The notes beneath the pieces are model-generated. The model saw only the letters and a list, made by a program, of their open reading frames with translations, ran no database searches and was not told the origin of the DNA. A program made the translations under genes and the position numbers. A stretch of 60,332 nucleotides of DNA, filler included, from Asterionella formosa (Eukaryota): the NCBI GenBank assembly GCA_002256025.1. It is 9 parts of 9 records of this genome, joined end to end, with 100 filler letters (N's around TTAATTAATTAA, not from the genome) between each part and the next. Parts side by side here need not be neighbours in the genome. Positions count along the whole stretch, not along the records: positions 1 to 6,630 come from NKIB01012653.1; positions 6,731 to 13,350 come from NKIB01012654.1; 7 more parts are not named here. One strand, written 5' to 3'. Shown here piece by piece: positions 1-13,350 of the stretch (positions within the stretch are counted from its first letter, which is position 1; each line of letters starts with the position of its first letter).

Positions 1-480
1 ACCTGGTACCCTGGTACCAGGTGCCAGGTACCGTAGTCCACTTCAGCATACCAGTATATGTAATGATAGAAGGAGTACTCTGCAGGTACGGTACCTGGTA
101 TACTGGTCAGGAATTTGGTACACGGTACAGACTACCTGGTAGGCAGATACGGAGCTGCAGATATACCTGTATATAGGCAGATACACGGACACCGATACGT
201 ACTCTTGCTACTTCAATACCAGGATCGTACTACCTCGTACCAAGTACCCGGAGCACCTACCAAGTACCTGCCGTACCAGGTACCTGGTGCCAGTACCGCT
301 TCAGTTGAACCCCTTCTCGAAAAACATGTACTCCGTAGTTCTTTCTGGAGCTTACGTCACATCAGGGTTAGGCATCAAACATACTGTGCAGCCACGATGA
401 ACATGCATACCGGTATACATTCTACATGGTACCAGGTACCGACCATTTCATGCATGTGATGTGTGATGCACATACCAGTA
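1..480. repeat. TACCAGG/CCTGGTA (GGTACC-rich) low-complexity tract
   Basis: Dense TACCAGGTA, TACCTGGTA and TACCGGTA motifs. Similar tracts at ~2590-2650, 4200-4600, 6435-6630, 18050-18450, 41270-41920, 46270-46680 and 49760-49790. Confidence 0.85.
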
Positions 481-599
481 TGTATCCACATTTGGAAGCC
501 CCTTTCTTCTCTGTTTCTCACTTTCTTCAATAAGGGTAGTCTACAGTCTACAGTAACCTGCTGCTGTCGAACGTTGTTGTCACCGCCTCGTTGACCAAC

Positions 600-2402
600 A
601 TGACATTTGCAAAGGCGTTCATCCTGCTGATCCCGGCGTCAGCCACTCAGGCATGGTTGGCTCCGTCGTTTTCAACTCGCAGTAGCAAGGCATCGACTAG
701 ACTTTCCATGTCAGGCGACGAGTTCTTGGTGGGCGTTCTGGGTGATTTGCACTTGGATCCTCGCAAGATGGAAGACTACGAGATCGGCCGTTCCCACTGG
801 CTTCCAATCTTCGAGGAAGCCAAGATGAAGCACGGAAACGCGGCTCTGGTCTCGTTGGGTGACCTTGGCGAGTCCAAGTCGGTGAGACCCAAGGAAACGT
901 CGGAACTTTTTGCGGGCACTACTGCGTGCCACGAGCTTGCGGCAGAATACCTTGGTTCCTTCGAAGTTCCGTACGAGGTGATTGGAGGAAATCACGATCT
1001 TGAGGGACTCGACGAATTCGCCACGGATAAAGCAAACCTTGACATGTTCCTTCGCGTTCACAACAAACCCACACCCAACTTTTCGCGTCTCATCGCTGAC
1101 AAGACTTTGCTGGTAGGACTGAGCTCCACCGTCTTCCGCGATGCCAAGTACACTTCTCATGAAGTCACCATCGATGATGCACAAATGGCATGGTTTGAAG
1201 AAACTCTCAAGAATCACCCGTCTGATCAAGGGTGGAAGATTTTTGTTTTTACTCACGCTCCTCCAAACGGGTCAGGACTTCGTGTGCTTCAAGAAAACCA
1301 CGTCGTCAATGGCTGTTGCTGGCTCAACCATTCCGATGACAAAAAGTGTCGCAAGTTCATCGAGCTAGTTAGGGAACATCGCTGCGTCAAGGCCTGGTTC
1401 TCAGGACACTTTCATTTGGGACAGGACTACCAAGATTCAATTAGTAAGTTCGCCTTTATTGGACGTTGTCAATGATTGAAGGATTGTACTCATGCCATAT
1501 TCCGCACTCCATTTGCAGCATTCCCCACTATCGACCCCAAGGATGGCCCTTATCCAAACCGTGGCTCCTGCGTCTTTGTGCAGACCTCCGTCATCCGTGG
1601 GGGAACCTCGCGAGATGGTCGTCAACAATCCAGAATTATTCGTGGAAATAAGGAAGGCTTTGAGATTTGTACCGTCGATCACCAGAAAGATGGAAAGATC
1701 CGTCTCGACGCCACTATTACCTACAAGGACGATAACCACGAGGTGGGAGTGTATGCACATGAAGATGAAGCCTATGACCATGATAAGTACTTTAAGGTAT
1801 ATGCTCCTTGCGCTGGTGATGAATGTCACGACCCTGATGAATGTCACCTTTCTTATGCCGAGGACGGTTCGCTTATGGTAGACGAATGCATCTCTATGGA
1901 CACTGTAGGTTGGTGGTACCTATCAAATGGCCGTGTCCTTGGTATGCTCAATGGTATGCTCGTTGAATATGACCCTTCAACTCTTGCGCCTCTCGGCCTT
2001 GTTGTTGGTGCAGATGAGTTGATTGGAAAACGTATTGCTGTCATAGATTCCGGTGTAACGGAATGTGATATTTCTGAAGACTCTGGTATGGAAGGAGCTG
2101 ATTGTGCAGAATCACAGGAACGTGAACAAGCTGTTGTGTTGTTCGACGTTAACGATGGTAGTGTCATCGTGGTGCAGCCAAATGAGGATGGTTCCTACTG
2201 GCGCAAGATTGTCCGAAACAAAATGGTACGAATGAAGGAGCAGAGACGTATCAAGGCTGCCAAGGAATTTGCAAGGGACATGTTCAATCTCAATGACGAT
2301 CAAGACCCTAATGTTGTTTCGTCGTGGGGACCATACACCTCTGTTTCCGGTACGGCTAAGAAGACTGGCGTTGCAGGCCTCACCGCTCCTGCTCGGAAGT
2401 GA
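600..2402 (+). CDS. Calcineurin-like metallophosphoesterase, probably plastid-targeted; join(600..1443,1519..2402)
   Basis: Complete motif set GDLH, GDLG, GNHD, FTH, GHFH. A GTAAGT...TTGCAG intron at 1444-1518 joins the two ORFs in frame (QDSI-T-FPTID). Signal peptide ends ATQA-WLAP, followed by an S/R/K-rich transit peptide. Confidence 0.9.
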
Positions 2403-3146
2403 ATTTGATGTTGAAACATTAGTTACGAGTTTCTTTTATTTTAACGGATGATACAACTCGTTTTTAGAGTAGCAATATAAGTGCAGGGTTACTACCTGCT
2501 GTTGAGTACTGGTAGCATGATTATTGTGTTCGCCTTGCCTAGCCTTACCTAGCCTAGGATTCGGCTTCATGTCCTCTTATACATTTCACACTACCAGGTA
2601 CCTGGTACCTGGTAGTCTACCAGGTACCAGGTACCAGTGACTCCGCGGTACATCGACAGTTGCTGATATCAGCTCTGAATCCCAATTATTTTAAGGCTTC
2701 TTCTGTCCTTGGTGTCAATGATGTCGAGAAAGCAATGTCATCAACACGCATCACGAGGATTATTTAGTATACATGAATACGTTAGATTATACCAGTACCG
2801 TACCGGTACTCGCTTGGATATTGCCTTCTACTTGCATATGTGCGTATTGCTATAAACTATGGAAAAACCGACACACGATATACCACTACAATACCTGTGC
2901 GTACATGTTGGTTTTCTTTTCACTCACTTGGTGGTTGGTGGTATTCACCTTCCGGAAGTGAATGGCTGGTTGTTGCAACCTGATGATCAATATACCGGTA
3001 GTAGGATCCGTAGGCCATAGTATGGATAAAATTTTACATGGAATAATTCAGAATAATAAATTTCGGTGATCACACCAAATTGATGCAATAATTTTTATTT
3101 CTGTTGCCATCTTCTCATATTGCCACAATGGTATGTAACATAAAGC

Positions 3147-3340
<194 letters not shown>

Positions 3341-3382
3341 ATCCTTCATTGAGTTTGTTCCTTGTTTGCTTACTGTGTTGTT

Positions 3383-3520
3383 GAGTAGTTATTATGTTAA
3401 AGCATATACAAATGTTGCCTTGCAGTAAGTTGTTCAAAATCGAGCGCACAGTAGTAGTTATTATGTTAAAGCATATACAAATGTTGCCTTGCAGTAAGTT
3501 GTTCAAAATCGAGCGCACAG
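3383..3520. repeat. Tandem duplication, ~69-bp unit x2
   Basis: gtagttattatgttaaagcatatacaaatgttgccttgcagtaagttgttcaaaatcgagcgcacag occurs twice in a row. Confidence 0.95.
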
Positions 3521-4139
3521 TGCGTGGTGTGTATTTAATCATGTCACCTGCCTGCATTTCAACACTGATGAGGGCGGCTTCATGTCGGTGCTGTGTCTAC
3601 ATTGTCAGCCCATCTATCTTGTCATTTGTCAGCAAGACCTTTCCAGATCTTGAAATATGCACATAGATATTGCATTCTTGCCTTTGTTGTTGACGCTTTT
3701 TCCCTTCACATCATCTAAGTTCTCTTCATTCTTCCTCCTCAGGGAAACCCGATGTTAGTAATGAAATTCTTTGAGCAACCCCAATTATACTTGATTCCCT
3801 TTCCTGCAAGCTGTGACTGTGGTTGAGCGCCATGATTTTGCTTCTGCCGATTTTATATTTTAGCTATTTTGCAATGAATATCAAAGCTACATAAACAATG
3901 GTTTCACTATATGCTAGCAATACTTAAATTCTATCTAAGAAACTAATAGTTGTACAAAATTAAAAAATCAATTTATCATGATCTGTTTAATGGTAATAGG
4001 AAATTTCTCATGTTCGACTCATTGTATAAATTTATCCTGTTAATGGAAGGGGCCAAAAACAGTATCATTTTTGTATCAATGATACTGCATTGATACCATC
4101 AAGTTCTTGTTGCTGATACTGTGTTTTGATACCAACTGT

Positions 4140-4200
4140 CATTTTTTCCTCACAACCCGGAAATAATACCGTAATTTCGGAATGATAAGAACGGCCCTTA
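4140..4200. mobile_element. Terminus of a PIF/Harbinger-like non-autonomous element
   Basis: ...AATGATAAGAACGGCCC-TTA is nearly the reverse complement of TAA-GGGTCGTTCTTATCATT at 33272. Related subterminal CCCGGAAAT(G/A)A(T/C)AC sequence at ~6744 and, inverted, at ~31965. TTA/TAA flanks and a GGG start fit Harbinger. Confidence 0.5.
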
Positions 4201-4898
4201 CCGGTATTTGCTGGTACCCCTGGTACCTGGTACGTGGTAACTGATACCTGGTACTCCGATTACCAGGTACCAGGGTACTATGTATGTACTAACGTGATGG
4301 TACATGGTGAGTCACATGGTACCAGGTACCAGGGTACCATCCATCAGGTTCCTGGTAGGTGGGATCTAGATTTCTCATTCACGACAGCAACTGGTATCGA
4401 TGCACTGGTCGGTGTGGTGACACGCAGAATATGATGTACCAAGGTACCAGGTACGAGGTACCTGGTACCTACCGCAGCTACCGTATGATGGTACCAGGTA
4501 CCGGTAGCAAGGAAATCTTTTGGACCGCCGACCAGCACACTACCTGGTACCTATAGCCAGCATGCTCCTTGTATCACGTACTGTAGTCTACCGGTATCTT
4601 AGTTACCGATACTCCTTTATGATCATGAATCTGTTGGAAGTGCAACAAGGTGTCAAGATGTACATCAAGAGGCAAGAATGATACAACGAACTGCTCTACC
4701 GTACTGGTAGTAGCCTAGATGTCGTCACAGCTACTTGTCACATTCACAACTGTATGTAGAGTGCTGCTTCTGCATCCTACATGCCATAGTTAATTCTGCT
4801 ATTGGTATGCTGTGGAGTAACAGGAGTCTGGGAGTCTCAACTCTGAATTCGCTCAAAGCTTATGAATGACATCATTTGATGGCTTCAAAGTCCCCGCA

Positions 4899-6139
4899 AT
4901 GAAGATCATTGTAATTCTTTCGATTTTTAGTTCTGGCGTCATTGCTTTCAGCCCATCCATCACGCCGGCGTTCCTTCGTTCCGTCAGTTCAAGGCTTTTC
5001 GGAGAGTTTGGTGCTTCGTCAACCTCGTTCTACACCACCACCGAGAAGCAAGACTCATATCTTAGTCTCGACGATGTTCTTGAAAAGAGAGTGGCAGATC
5101 CAAAGGTCAGACAAGTGATTCGGGATATGCTGAATGTGTGCGCTGACATCACAGAAGCGTTACGTACTGAATTGGTCACAATCGAAGGCAGCTCCAATAC
5201 TTTTGGAGATTCTCAACTTTCTGTTGATGTGAGTACCGTAATAAATGATGCAATATGTGCCCGATCGATATAAGAGACTTGTGCCACAGGCAAAAGTCTC
5301 GATGCTTTGCGTAACCTTCTTACATTTTGTCCATATGTGTGAAACTGTAGGTGATCGCTGACAACCTCTTGTGGGAGGCAGTCAAGATGTCGTCTGTCTG
5401 CCGTGAGGGAGCCTCGGAAGAGGACCCCATCGTCCGAAACGTCGACGAGGGCGGCGAGGGAGAATTTACCGTTTGCTGGGATCCACTGGATGGGTCATCT
5501 ATTGTGGACAACAACTGGGCTGTCGGCACAATGATTGGAATCTGGCCCAAGTCAACTGGCCTCATTGGAGCTACAGGACGTGACCAAGTCACATCCTTGG
5601 TTGCCCTGTATGGACCTCGCACTACAGTATTAGTTGCCCTTGACCATGGAACCTATGAGTTTACCTATGGGTGTACCCCAGAGGGTTGTATGCTTGCTGA
5701 TGGATCCTTTGAAGCATGGATATGTTCTCGCGAGAATATCAAGATCTCACCTGATTGCAAGATATTTTCTCCTGCCAACCTTCGTGCTGCCCAAGATTTA
5801 CCAGGCTATAAGAAGCTTATTAACTACTTCATGGATAATCGTTACACTCTCCGCTACTCCGGTGGACTTGTCCCTGATGTGTACCAACAGTTTACCAAAG
5901 AACAAGGAATATTTTTAAATCCAACATCCGAGGGTTCTCCAGCAAAGCTCCGACTTGCTTTCGAAGCTGCCCCTTTCGGTCTGCTTGTCGAAAAGGCGGG
6001 AGGAAAGACATCTGATGGGGTGACAGGTGGGTCTATTCTTGATGTTCAGATCAATGCTGTTGACCAGCGAACTCCCCTTTGTATCGGTTCAGCGACAGAA
6101 GTTGATCGATTCAATGACATGTTCTGTATGGTGGACTAG
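4899..6139 (+). CDS. SBP: Sedoheptulose-1,7-bisphosphatase (FBPase class I family) with plastid-type presequence; join(4899..5228,5351..6139)
   Basis: NTFGDSQLSVD-VIAD across a GTGAGT...TGTAG intron (5229-5350). Motifs SEED, WDPLDGSSIVDNNWAVGT, YGPRTT, YTLRYSGGLVPDV and KLRLAFEAAP are SBPase-type. N-terminus MKIIVILSIFSSGVIA-FSP. Confidence 0.92.
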
Positions 6140-6630
6140 GCATTTTCTTTTGACAAACTACATTTACCGACATTTGCTTGTTCATACTCATTCCCTGTCT
6201 CATCAGGACAAGTTGATGGACGGAATTGGTTGTGTGAATAGAATGGCATGGCATGTTGTATCATTTCCTCCTAGTACCCCGATATTTAAAATATCGCTTA
6301 CTTACTCATTTATAGAGTTCCTTCTCGCTCAAATGTTTATGACATCCCTGTGCAGAGGAGGAAATATTTGGTATAGCCGACGTACAGCAGCAAACTTGAG
6401 TGGGTACATATACTCCTCCTGCCCTAGTCTAGCCATCGTACCTGGTACCAGGTACCAGGTACCGTAGAACCAGGATACCGGTACGCACATGTGATTTCGT
6501 GATAGTGCTCATGTTTTTCCTTGTATGATACCGGTAGTATAACAATATGTACGATAGGAAGAAACTCCCAGACCGATTCGTACGATACATTAGAACGTAG
6601 CTGCGTCTAGAGTACCAGGGTACCGTAATT

Positions 6631-6730
6631 NNNNNNNNNNNNNNNNNNNNNNNNNNNNNNNNNNNNNNNNNNNNTTAATTAATTAANNNNNNNNNNNNNN
6701 NNNNNNNNNNNNNNNNNNNNNNNNNNNNNN
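6631..6730. other. Artificial contig linker (N44-TTAATTAATTAA-N44)
   Basis: The same 100-nt spacer with stops in all frames recurs at 13351, 20069, 26785, 33499, 40216, 46924 and 53630. Contigs are roughly size-sorted, 6630 down to 6603 bp. Confidence 0.98.
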
Positions 6731-6989
6731 TTTTTGCTCGAAACCCGGAAATGACACCACATTGTGCGAAAGACGCTGAACCCTGTTTTGAAAGATAAAA
6801 CGATATGAGTCAAAATGTGTGACATAGCAGAAGGGCACTGATTTTCAAAAAATTGAATGTTTTACTCGTGCTACGAGTACTTGAAAATTGATTACTGGTA
6901 CATGATTTGTGAAATTCTACCAAAGTAGTATTTTCCTGTAGGGCTCCGGCAGTGTTCTACTCTAAACAGGTCAATACTGTCTGGTCCCT

Positions 6990-8830
6990 CATCTGCAAAT
7001 AAAAAATATCATGCAAAAGGATCAAGAGTATCGTATGCTAAGTAAGTGGCACAGGATTTTCATATATATGATAATTTTTGGATCAAAACTATGATCAAGG
7101 TATCCCTATGATCAAGGTATCCTGTACTAACTATGATGATTTATTAATATTTTACCAAACTTGAAGTACCATGATAATAAAAACATTATCATCACACAAT
7201 GTATATCAACTGATCAACAACATTTCTCATCAACATCATAAACCTTCTCATTTTATTTTCACTTCAAGTGATTGCCAAGCAAATGAAAATTATTACTACA
7301 ACACGCACATCCTAAAAACAGCTAAACTCTATGCTATCATATGAAATGTTTCATTGTATATCAACCTTAAACATGATCACAATACTATTCACAAGGATTG
7401 TTCAAAAAGGATTGGAACAGATCTTAATTTAATTAACAAATTTAGCAATGATATTTCTGTTTTGACAGCTACCCAACAAGGAATATTTCTCTCCTCTCCA
7501 CTTGTCTCAATGTATATTCCTGTCTCACCCTTTTCTTCCTCTATTCTGAATCATGTGCTGGGCAGTGCCTAATAATGTTGCGTCTCTCTCCCTGCATTTA
7601 GTGACACTCTGAACTCGCCGACTATTCCTTTGTTTGATTGTTTTTATTGTCCTATGCAGTTACAGTAACAATGAAAAGGAATGACTCGTTAGCTAGTCAT
7701 GTTAAACTGTCACAACCTCACCCAATTCCATTGTACTGTCTTGCTTCACTTACCACAAATCAAAGCAAGTGATGCATAAGGCTGTAATAGTAAATTATCA
7801 GTAAATTGTTGAATAAGTAAGTTTAAGGTATCCAATGTTGTCAAATAAAACTTACCGATCCATTTTCGTTAGCATAACTTTGAAAGAAGGTAAACATGTC
7901 CATCAGTTATGCTCCAACAGAAGTGAATAGGTCCAACAACAAGATCACTTACCAATTTTGTTTTGTTTTACATTGGTGTTCCCCAACAAGCAAAATGAGC
8001 CATTGAATCAAATGAGAAAAAAGGAAACTTGCGTTTAGTTTACAATTTGTTGTTGTCCTCCCAACAATTGTCATCCAAGTACCACATTCATGGCTTCAAT
8101 ACCTTAAACATACTCCATCCTTCGAAGGCGCAATGTGTCGAAGCCACAATGTTTTCGTTAATGCGTAAACTTTCCTTTCTTGTCATGTGATTCACTACGA
8201 TATTTCTTTTCATGAAGCAGGCATTGTTTGTTAACATGACAGAACGATTTCAATTATATTTGCCATGTACATGGTTATAAAATTTGTAAATATATAAATA
8301 TATCAAGTGTCGTACATTTATAAAAATCAAAGACACTCTCAAAATGAAACGTCTGGTATTGTTGAGATGATTATATTCGCATATAGATAATTCGAAAATA
8401 TTCAATGCACGATATGTACCGGTACTGTTTCAGAAATTTGTTTGCATCAATATTTTCTACATCCATTAGAACTAATTATTTAGACCATTCAATTAGTGTA
8501 AGTCATAACCCATTTGTATCATTATTTATATGCAAGGATTTTGGTAGCAAATTGTTGAAGCCCCTTTTTTGGGCGGGAGTTCTTCATGTTTACCAGTAAA
8601 TCATATGACAATAACATTTTATCATATATATATACAGAGTACCACTAGTAGCAGGTAGGAAGTGATATACTGGGGGTACCAGGTAGTCAGGGTACCAGGT
8701 AGTCAGAGTACCAGGTAGTAAGCGAGCAACAGAACACCATATGTTCATGACTGTTCCTACTGCAGTGGGCCAGTACATCATCATGTACATCATCATAGTT
8801 TTATGATCGTATGATCATAAAATTGAAAAA
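6990..8830. repeat. Dispersed AT-rich repeat R1, copy 1
   Basis: Aligns by eye along its length with 14385-16030, and in its 3' part with 47024-47700. Confidence 0.92.
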
Positions 8831-11429
8831 AGGATAGGATATTATTAATTGGTCAATGAACTCAATCACTACAAAGGTCGTAATTCGGTTCAAAACTCGT
8901 CCAAACGAGGTTATCAAGACTCTTCAATTTCAGCAGCCTTATCAGAATGTCGTTCCCGCTTAGCTAAAATTGAACCATCAATTGTCACAAAGGATGTGAG
9001 TTTATTTTCAAGACCAAGAAGTTTTGCTGTGAACATGTAAGTTTGATGTTATAGTTTGTGAATTTCAGGTACTGTAAAACAGAATATCAATCTAATGTGC
9101 TTTTTTCTGGTCCTAAAAGAGAATCAAACATCCCGCCCTATCTGGTCCAAGTAGCATGAAAGGCATTTCCAATCACAAACAGGATTAATTTGCCCAATGT
9201 TGCCTAACTCGGCTATACTCAGTGAAACCGTAGTTCAGCATGGAAGTGGAGAGTGACCCAGAGCTTGCCGATTTCATATGGAATGGTTCTGATGCACTAC
9301 TACATCCGATGAATCAGACCATTGATTGTACCAAAAAGGCACGTTTAGATTACATCAAATCAACATTTGGTGGCATGTGCATTAAAAAGTTGAGAGAATG
9401 TCAGAATGTAAGTATTGAATAATCAATTTAAAGGAATCTTAGGTAAGTTCTTGCAGGGCGGGAGATGCTCCGAAAGCATGATGTTTTGAGTCGGTGATTA
9501 TATTCTTATCAATTATGTTTGANNNNNNNNNNNNNNNNNNNNNNNNNNNNNNNNNNNNNNNNNNNNNNNNNNNNNNNNNNNNNNNNNNNNNNNNNNNNNN
9601 NNNNNNNNNNNNNNNNNNNNNNNNNNNNNNNNNNNNNNNNNNNNNNNNNNNNNNNNNNNNNNNNNNNNNNNNNNNNNNNNNNNNNNNNNNNNNNNNNNNN
9701 NNNNNNNNNNNNNNNNNNNNNNNNNNNNNNNNNNNNNNNNNNNNNNNNNNNNNNNNNNNNNNNNNNNNNNNNNNNNNNNNNNNNNNNNNNNNNNNNNNNN
9801 NNNNNAAAGCAATTCTGGTGTGATGTTCTTGCTCCAGTGTATTTTATAGGCAGGACAAGCCGTGGAGAACCATTCATTTTTAACAAATCTGGTGTGACCA
9901 AATTTCAACTCAGTCTCGGGCACAGTGTGAATTGTAATCACGTTTTGTTGCTTCGCTGATCAATGCCAGTACATTAGACTTTTGCTTGTTGGTGCTGAAA
10001 GGAAAATTCCGATTGCAACAAAAATATTTGGGTTTCAATTCAGATACGCAAGAAATTTCAGAGAAGCAACGATATTCGTCATTCTACTGATTTTGTCGAT
10101 ATTGGTGGGAAACCACTTATCAAAAAAGTGTGAGGGAAGAAAGTTCAGTTTCAAATGGTCTCACTGGGGTTGATCAATGGACTGATGAAAGATTTACTCG
10201 GTTATTATAAGGAAATCTACACTGGATTTTTACAAAAGAATTGATCTCAATATGGAAGGAATCATAGTGGAATTGCTACTTCCACCACAAATATCATCTA
10301 CCCTCACTCATTCTCATTCTTCTCTTTTCCCAACGTAAGTGAAGAGGGTATGCATCAATATGTTGAACCACTTCAACCAAATTTTCCTGAGAAGAATATT
10401 GATTACAATGAACAAATTAATCAACAGGACATTGATGACGACGTTGATTTTGAATGGATCTAATAAGTGTGAGACTTCTACAATGCACAAACCATATCAT
10501 AGATGTTAGGAAAACATTGATGCTGCTCTATACTACTAGTAGTGGCGCCTGTACTGTATGTAGCGGTGTTCCTCCATTTTTACTACTATGGTGGAGTGAT
10601 AATTTCACGACTTTGTATTGTCCAGCACAGCATGATCGGAGTGATGCTAAATTTATTATTAATAATTGATTTTCAAATACTGAAGAATAATATAAATTTT
10701 AGTGATAATATAGTTTCACATACTAGTTAAGTTATTAGAAGAATTTCACAAACTAAAATGTCCTGAGGAATAATGAGATTGGATGATCCCAATGGTCCAT
10801 TATTTTTTCTTTTTCACTCCCAAAGAAGTAACCCAAGATGGTCCTTCTTGTTTCGTCCGAAATTTTCCGTCTCCACTTTTCAACTGCAGTTCGATATGAG
10901 CGAGTCTGTAAACTTTTTCAATTTGATTCCAGAAGGGCTATCATCACTTAAAAATATGTTTTCAACTTTTTGTCAATTTTGATGCATCCAGAAATTTGGC
11001 CACGTATTTTCATTCTATCCTGTTCATATCCTGACTTGGTTAGCCATCATTTGAAATTTTCAATTTCTTTGCGGACATTGCAATGGTGTTATCTCTGTAA
11101 CTATAAATTTCGGAAGAACAAATCCCCATCTGAGTGTCACAATCGAAATTGTAGTAACCGTGTTTTCTATGCATATGGTCACTGTCGACATTGCATGCAA
11201 GAACATCGAGTTCCTGGAATACACAATGAAATTCTGTATTGCGGTAGTGCATCGAATCATTCAAGGAAGAAAGTTAATGGCAGTGTAACTGCTGCAGCAT
11301 TTAGGGCGAGTAGACAACAAGAAGAGATTATTTGTCCTTTCCTTGAATCAAGTGGCCACGATCATCCATTTCATGACGACAGCGATGATTCAGTTTATAA
11401 AATATTCAGTCACAACAAGACGAACAATT

Positions 11430-13350
11430 GAGACTAAAAACTCTCCAACAAGGATTGAATTCAGAGACCATGCAATATTCAGATTTCCAAGATCACACCG
11501 GCTTTCTCCCTGAAAATGCAATGGAAATGCCCCTTCCTCCTCAATTTCAACTTCCAAGTAAACATTCCCTAAACATGCATCCAATCGAGTTAGAACTCAT
11601 GTTATTCCTTAACGATAATTACCTATCTTCCACCAGTTTACTTTGATCATATAATGAAATGCCTGTTCAAGGCCAAAGCAATGAAATATTTTGATGGAAG
11701 CATGGTATCAAGCTCCATCCTACCAGACTTTGAAAAAACGCATGGATATTTCATTTCCACCAACATTAGCTGGTGGTCAACTGTTGACCAAACAAATACA
11801 GATTGATAAAAATTCAAATATGGTCATCCCACGCACACTCCATTATTTCGAACCAGTACAGCTCATGGCAGGATTGTTACGTGATTCCGATATCATGCAA
11901 CATTTTGTATGTCACCCACAAGTGAAACTTACAACTTGTGGAGAATGCATATATGACAAAGTAACTTCCGCAACTTGGTTTGAAAATGCATTCAACATTT
12001 CTCCTGCATCTCCTGCATCAGAAAATGGAGTGTTGCCCTAGCAGTTTTCAGTGATGGTTCACCTAGCTACTGATAAACAAATGAATCATTCTGAGCATCC
12101 GTTATTGTTGACAATGTTAAACTTAACGTTAGAAGGAAGGAAAAAAGCTGATGAATGGCAATTGGTATATCTCTTTTGCCAGACATTGAAGTCAGTGATC
12201 TGGAGAAACAAATGAATAATAAGTTATCTGGTGAGCAACGTTTTGTCCTTATGTCGACTCAAATTATACCATTCTGTTACAGGCAGGATTTCTATTGTCG
12301 CCTTTCGAAGAGCGATCCAAACAAGTAATACAATATTTGGGTTCATGGTCTTGGTATGACAAAAGGTTATTTCCATATTGGAATGATCATTGGTGATACA
12401 GAAGAGCACAACAAAATTTGCGGTTTCAGGGGTGGTAATATATTCTATTGACGTCGTGATTGCCTGGTTTCAACTGAAGATGCTGATAATTCTGGCTGAT
12501 ATTGGATGTGAATGTCGCAAAGTGTGAGATTCTAAAAGGTTTTTAAACACATTTCTTGACAGAAATGCACATCCCGATGGAAAATTACCATGTATCCCAC
12601 CTGAGTATTGTGTCTCCCATTCTAATGGCAAATACGCAACAGCAAACGAGTGGTGCCGTGTTATATCGCATAATCTTATTATGCCTGCACTAATAAATCA
12701 TTTTTTTGGTGGTGACTTAGAAAGATTATTTGGTGCAACTCCATTTGAGGTTCTTCATCAATTACTACTTGGAATCATTGTACAATTATCGGACTATCCC
12801 TGAAGAATGGACATAGTCTTTTAAACAAAGAAAATCACCAGATATTCCAGAGAACATCTGTTACAGGATTTCTATTGTCGCCTTTCGAAGATCCAAACAA
12901 GTCATACGATATTTGGGTTCATGGTCTTGGTATGACAAAATTTTATTTCCAAGTTGGAATGATCATTGGTGATACAGAAGAACACAATAAAATTTGTGGC
13001 ATCAGGGGTGGTAATGGATTATATCGACGATATGTTTGTTGTGATTGCCTGGTTTCAACTGAGGATGCTGATAATCCTGATATTGGATGTGAACGTCGTA
13101 AAGTGTCAGATGTTAAAATGTTTTAAAACAAAGTTTCTTGACAAAAATGCATATCCCGATGGAAAATTGCCATGTATCCCACCTGAGTATTATGTCTCCA
13201 AAATTGCCATGTATCCCACCTGAGTATTGTGTCTCCCATTCTAATGGCAAATACGCAACAGCAAACGAGTGGTGCCGTGTTATATCGCATAATCCTATTA
13301 TGCCTGCACTAATAAATCATTTTTTTGGTGGTGACTTAGAAGGATTATTT
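11430..13350 (+). pseudogene. Degenerate Plavaka/CACTA-like transposase with internal tandem duplication
   Basis: Fragments YDKVTSATWF, TDKQMNHSEHPLLLTMLNL, GMIIGDTEEHNKICG, CCDC and FGATPFEVLHQLLLG match the Plavaka-like motif order. Stops and frameshifts present. Block ~12272-12730 is duplicated at ~12857-13350. Confidence 0.65.

Noticed and set aside
6675..6686. Recurring TTAATTAATTAA palindrome at ~6.7-kb spacing
   Set aside because: Artificial concatenation linker embedded in Ns, not biology. It also rules out any gene-cluster inference across contigs.
9494..9959. ORFs spanning the internal N gap
   Set aside because: Open only because of undetermined bases.
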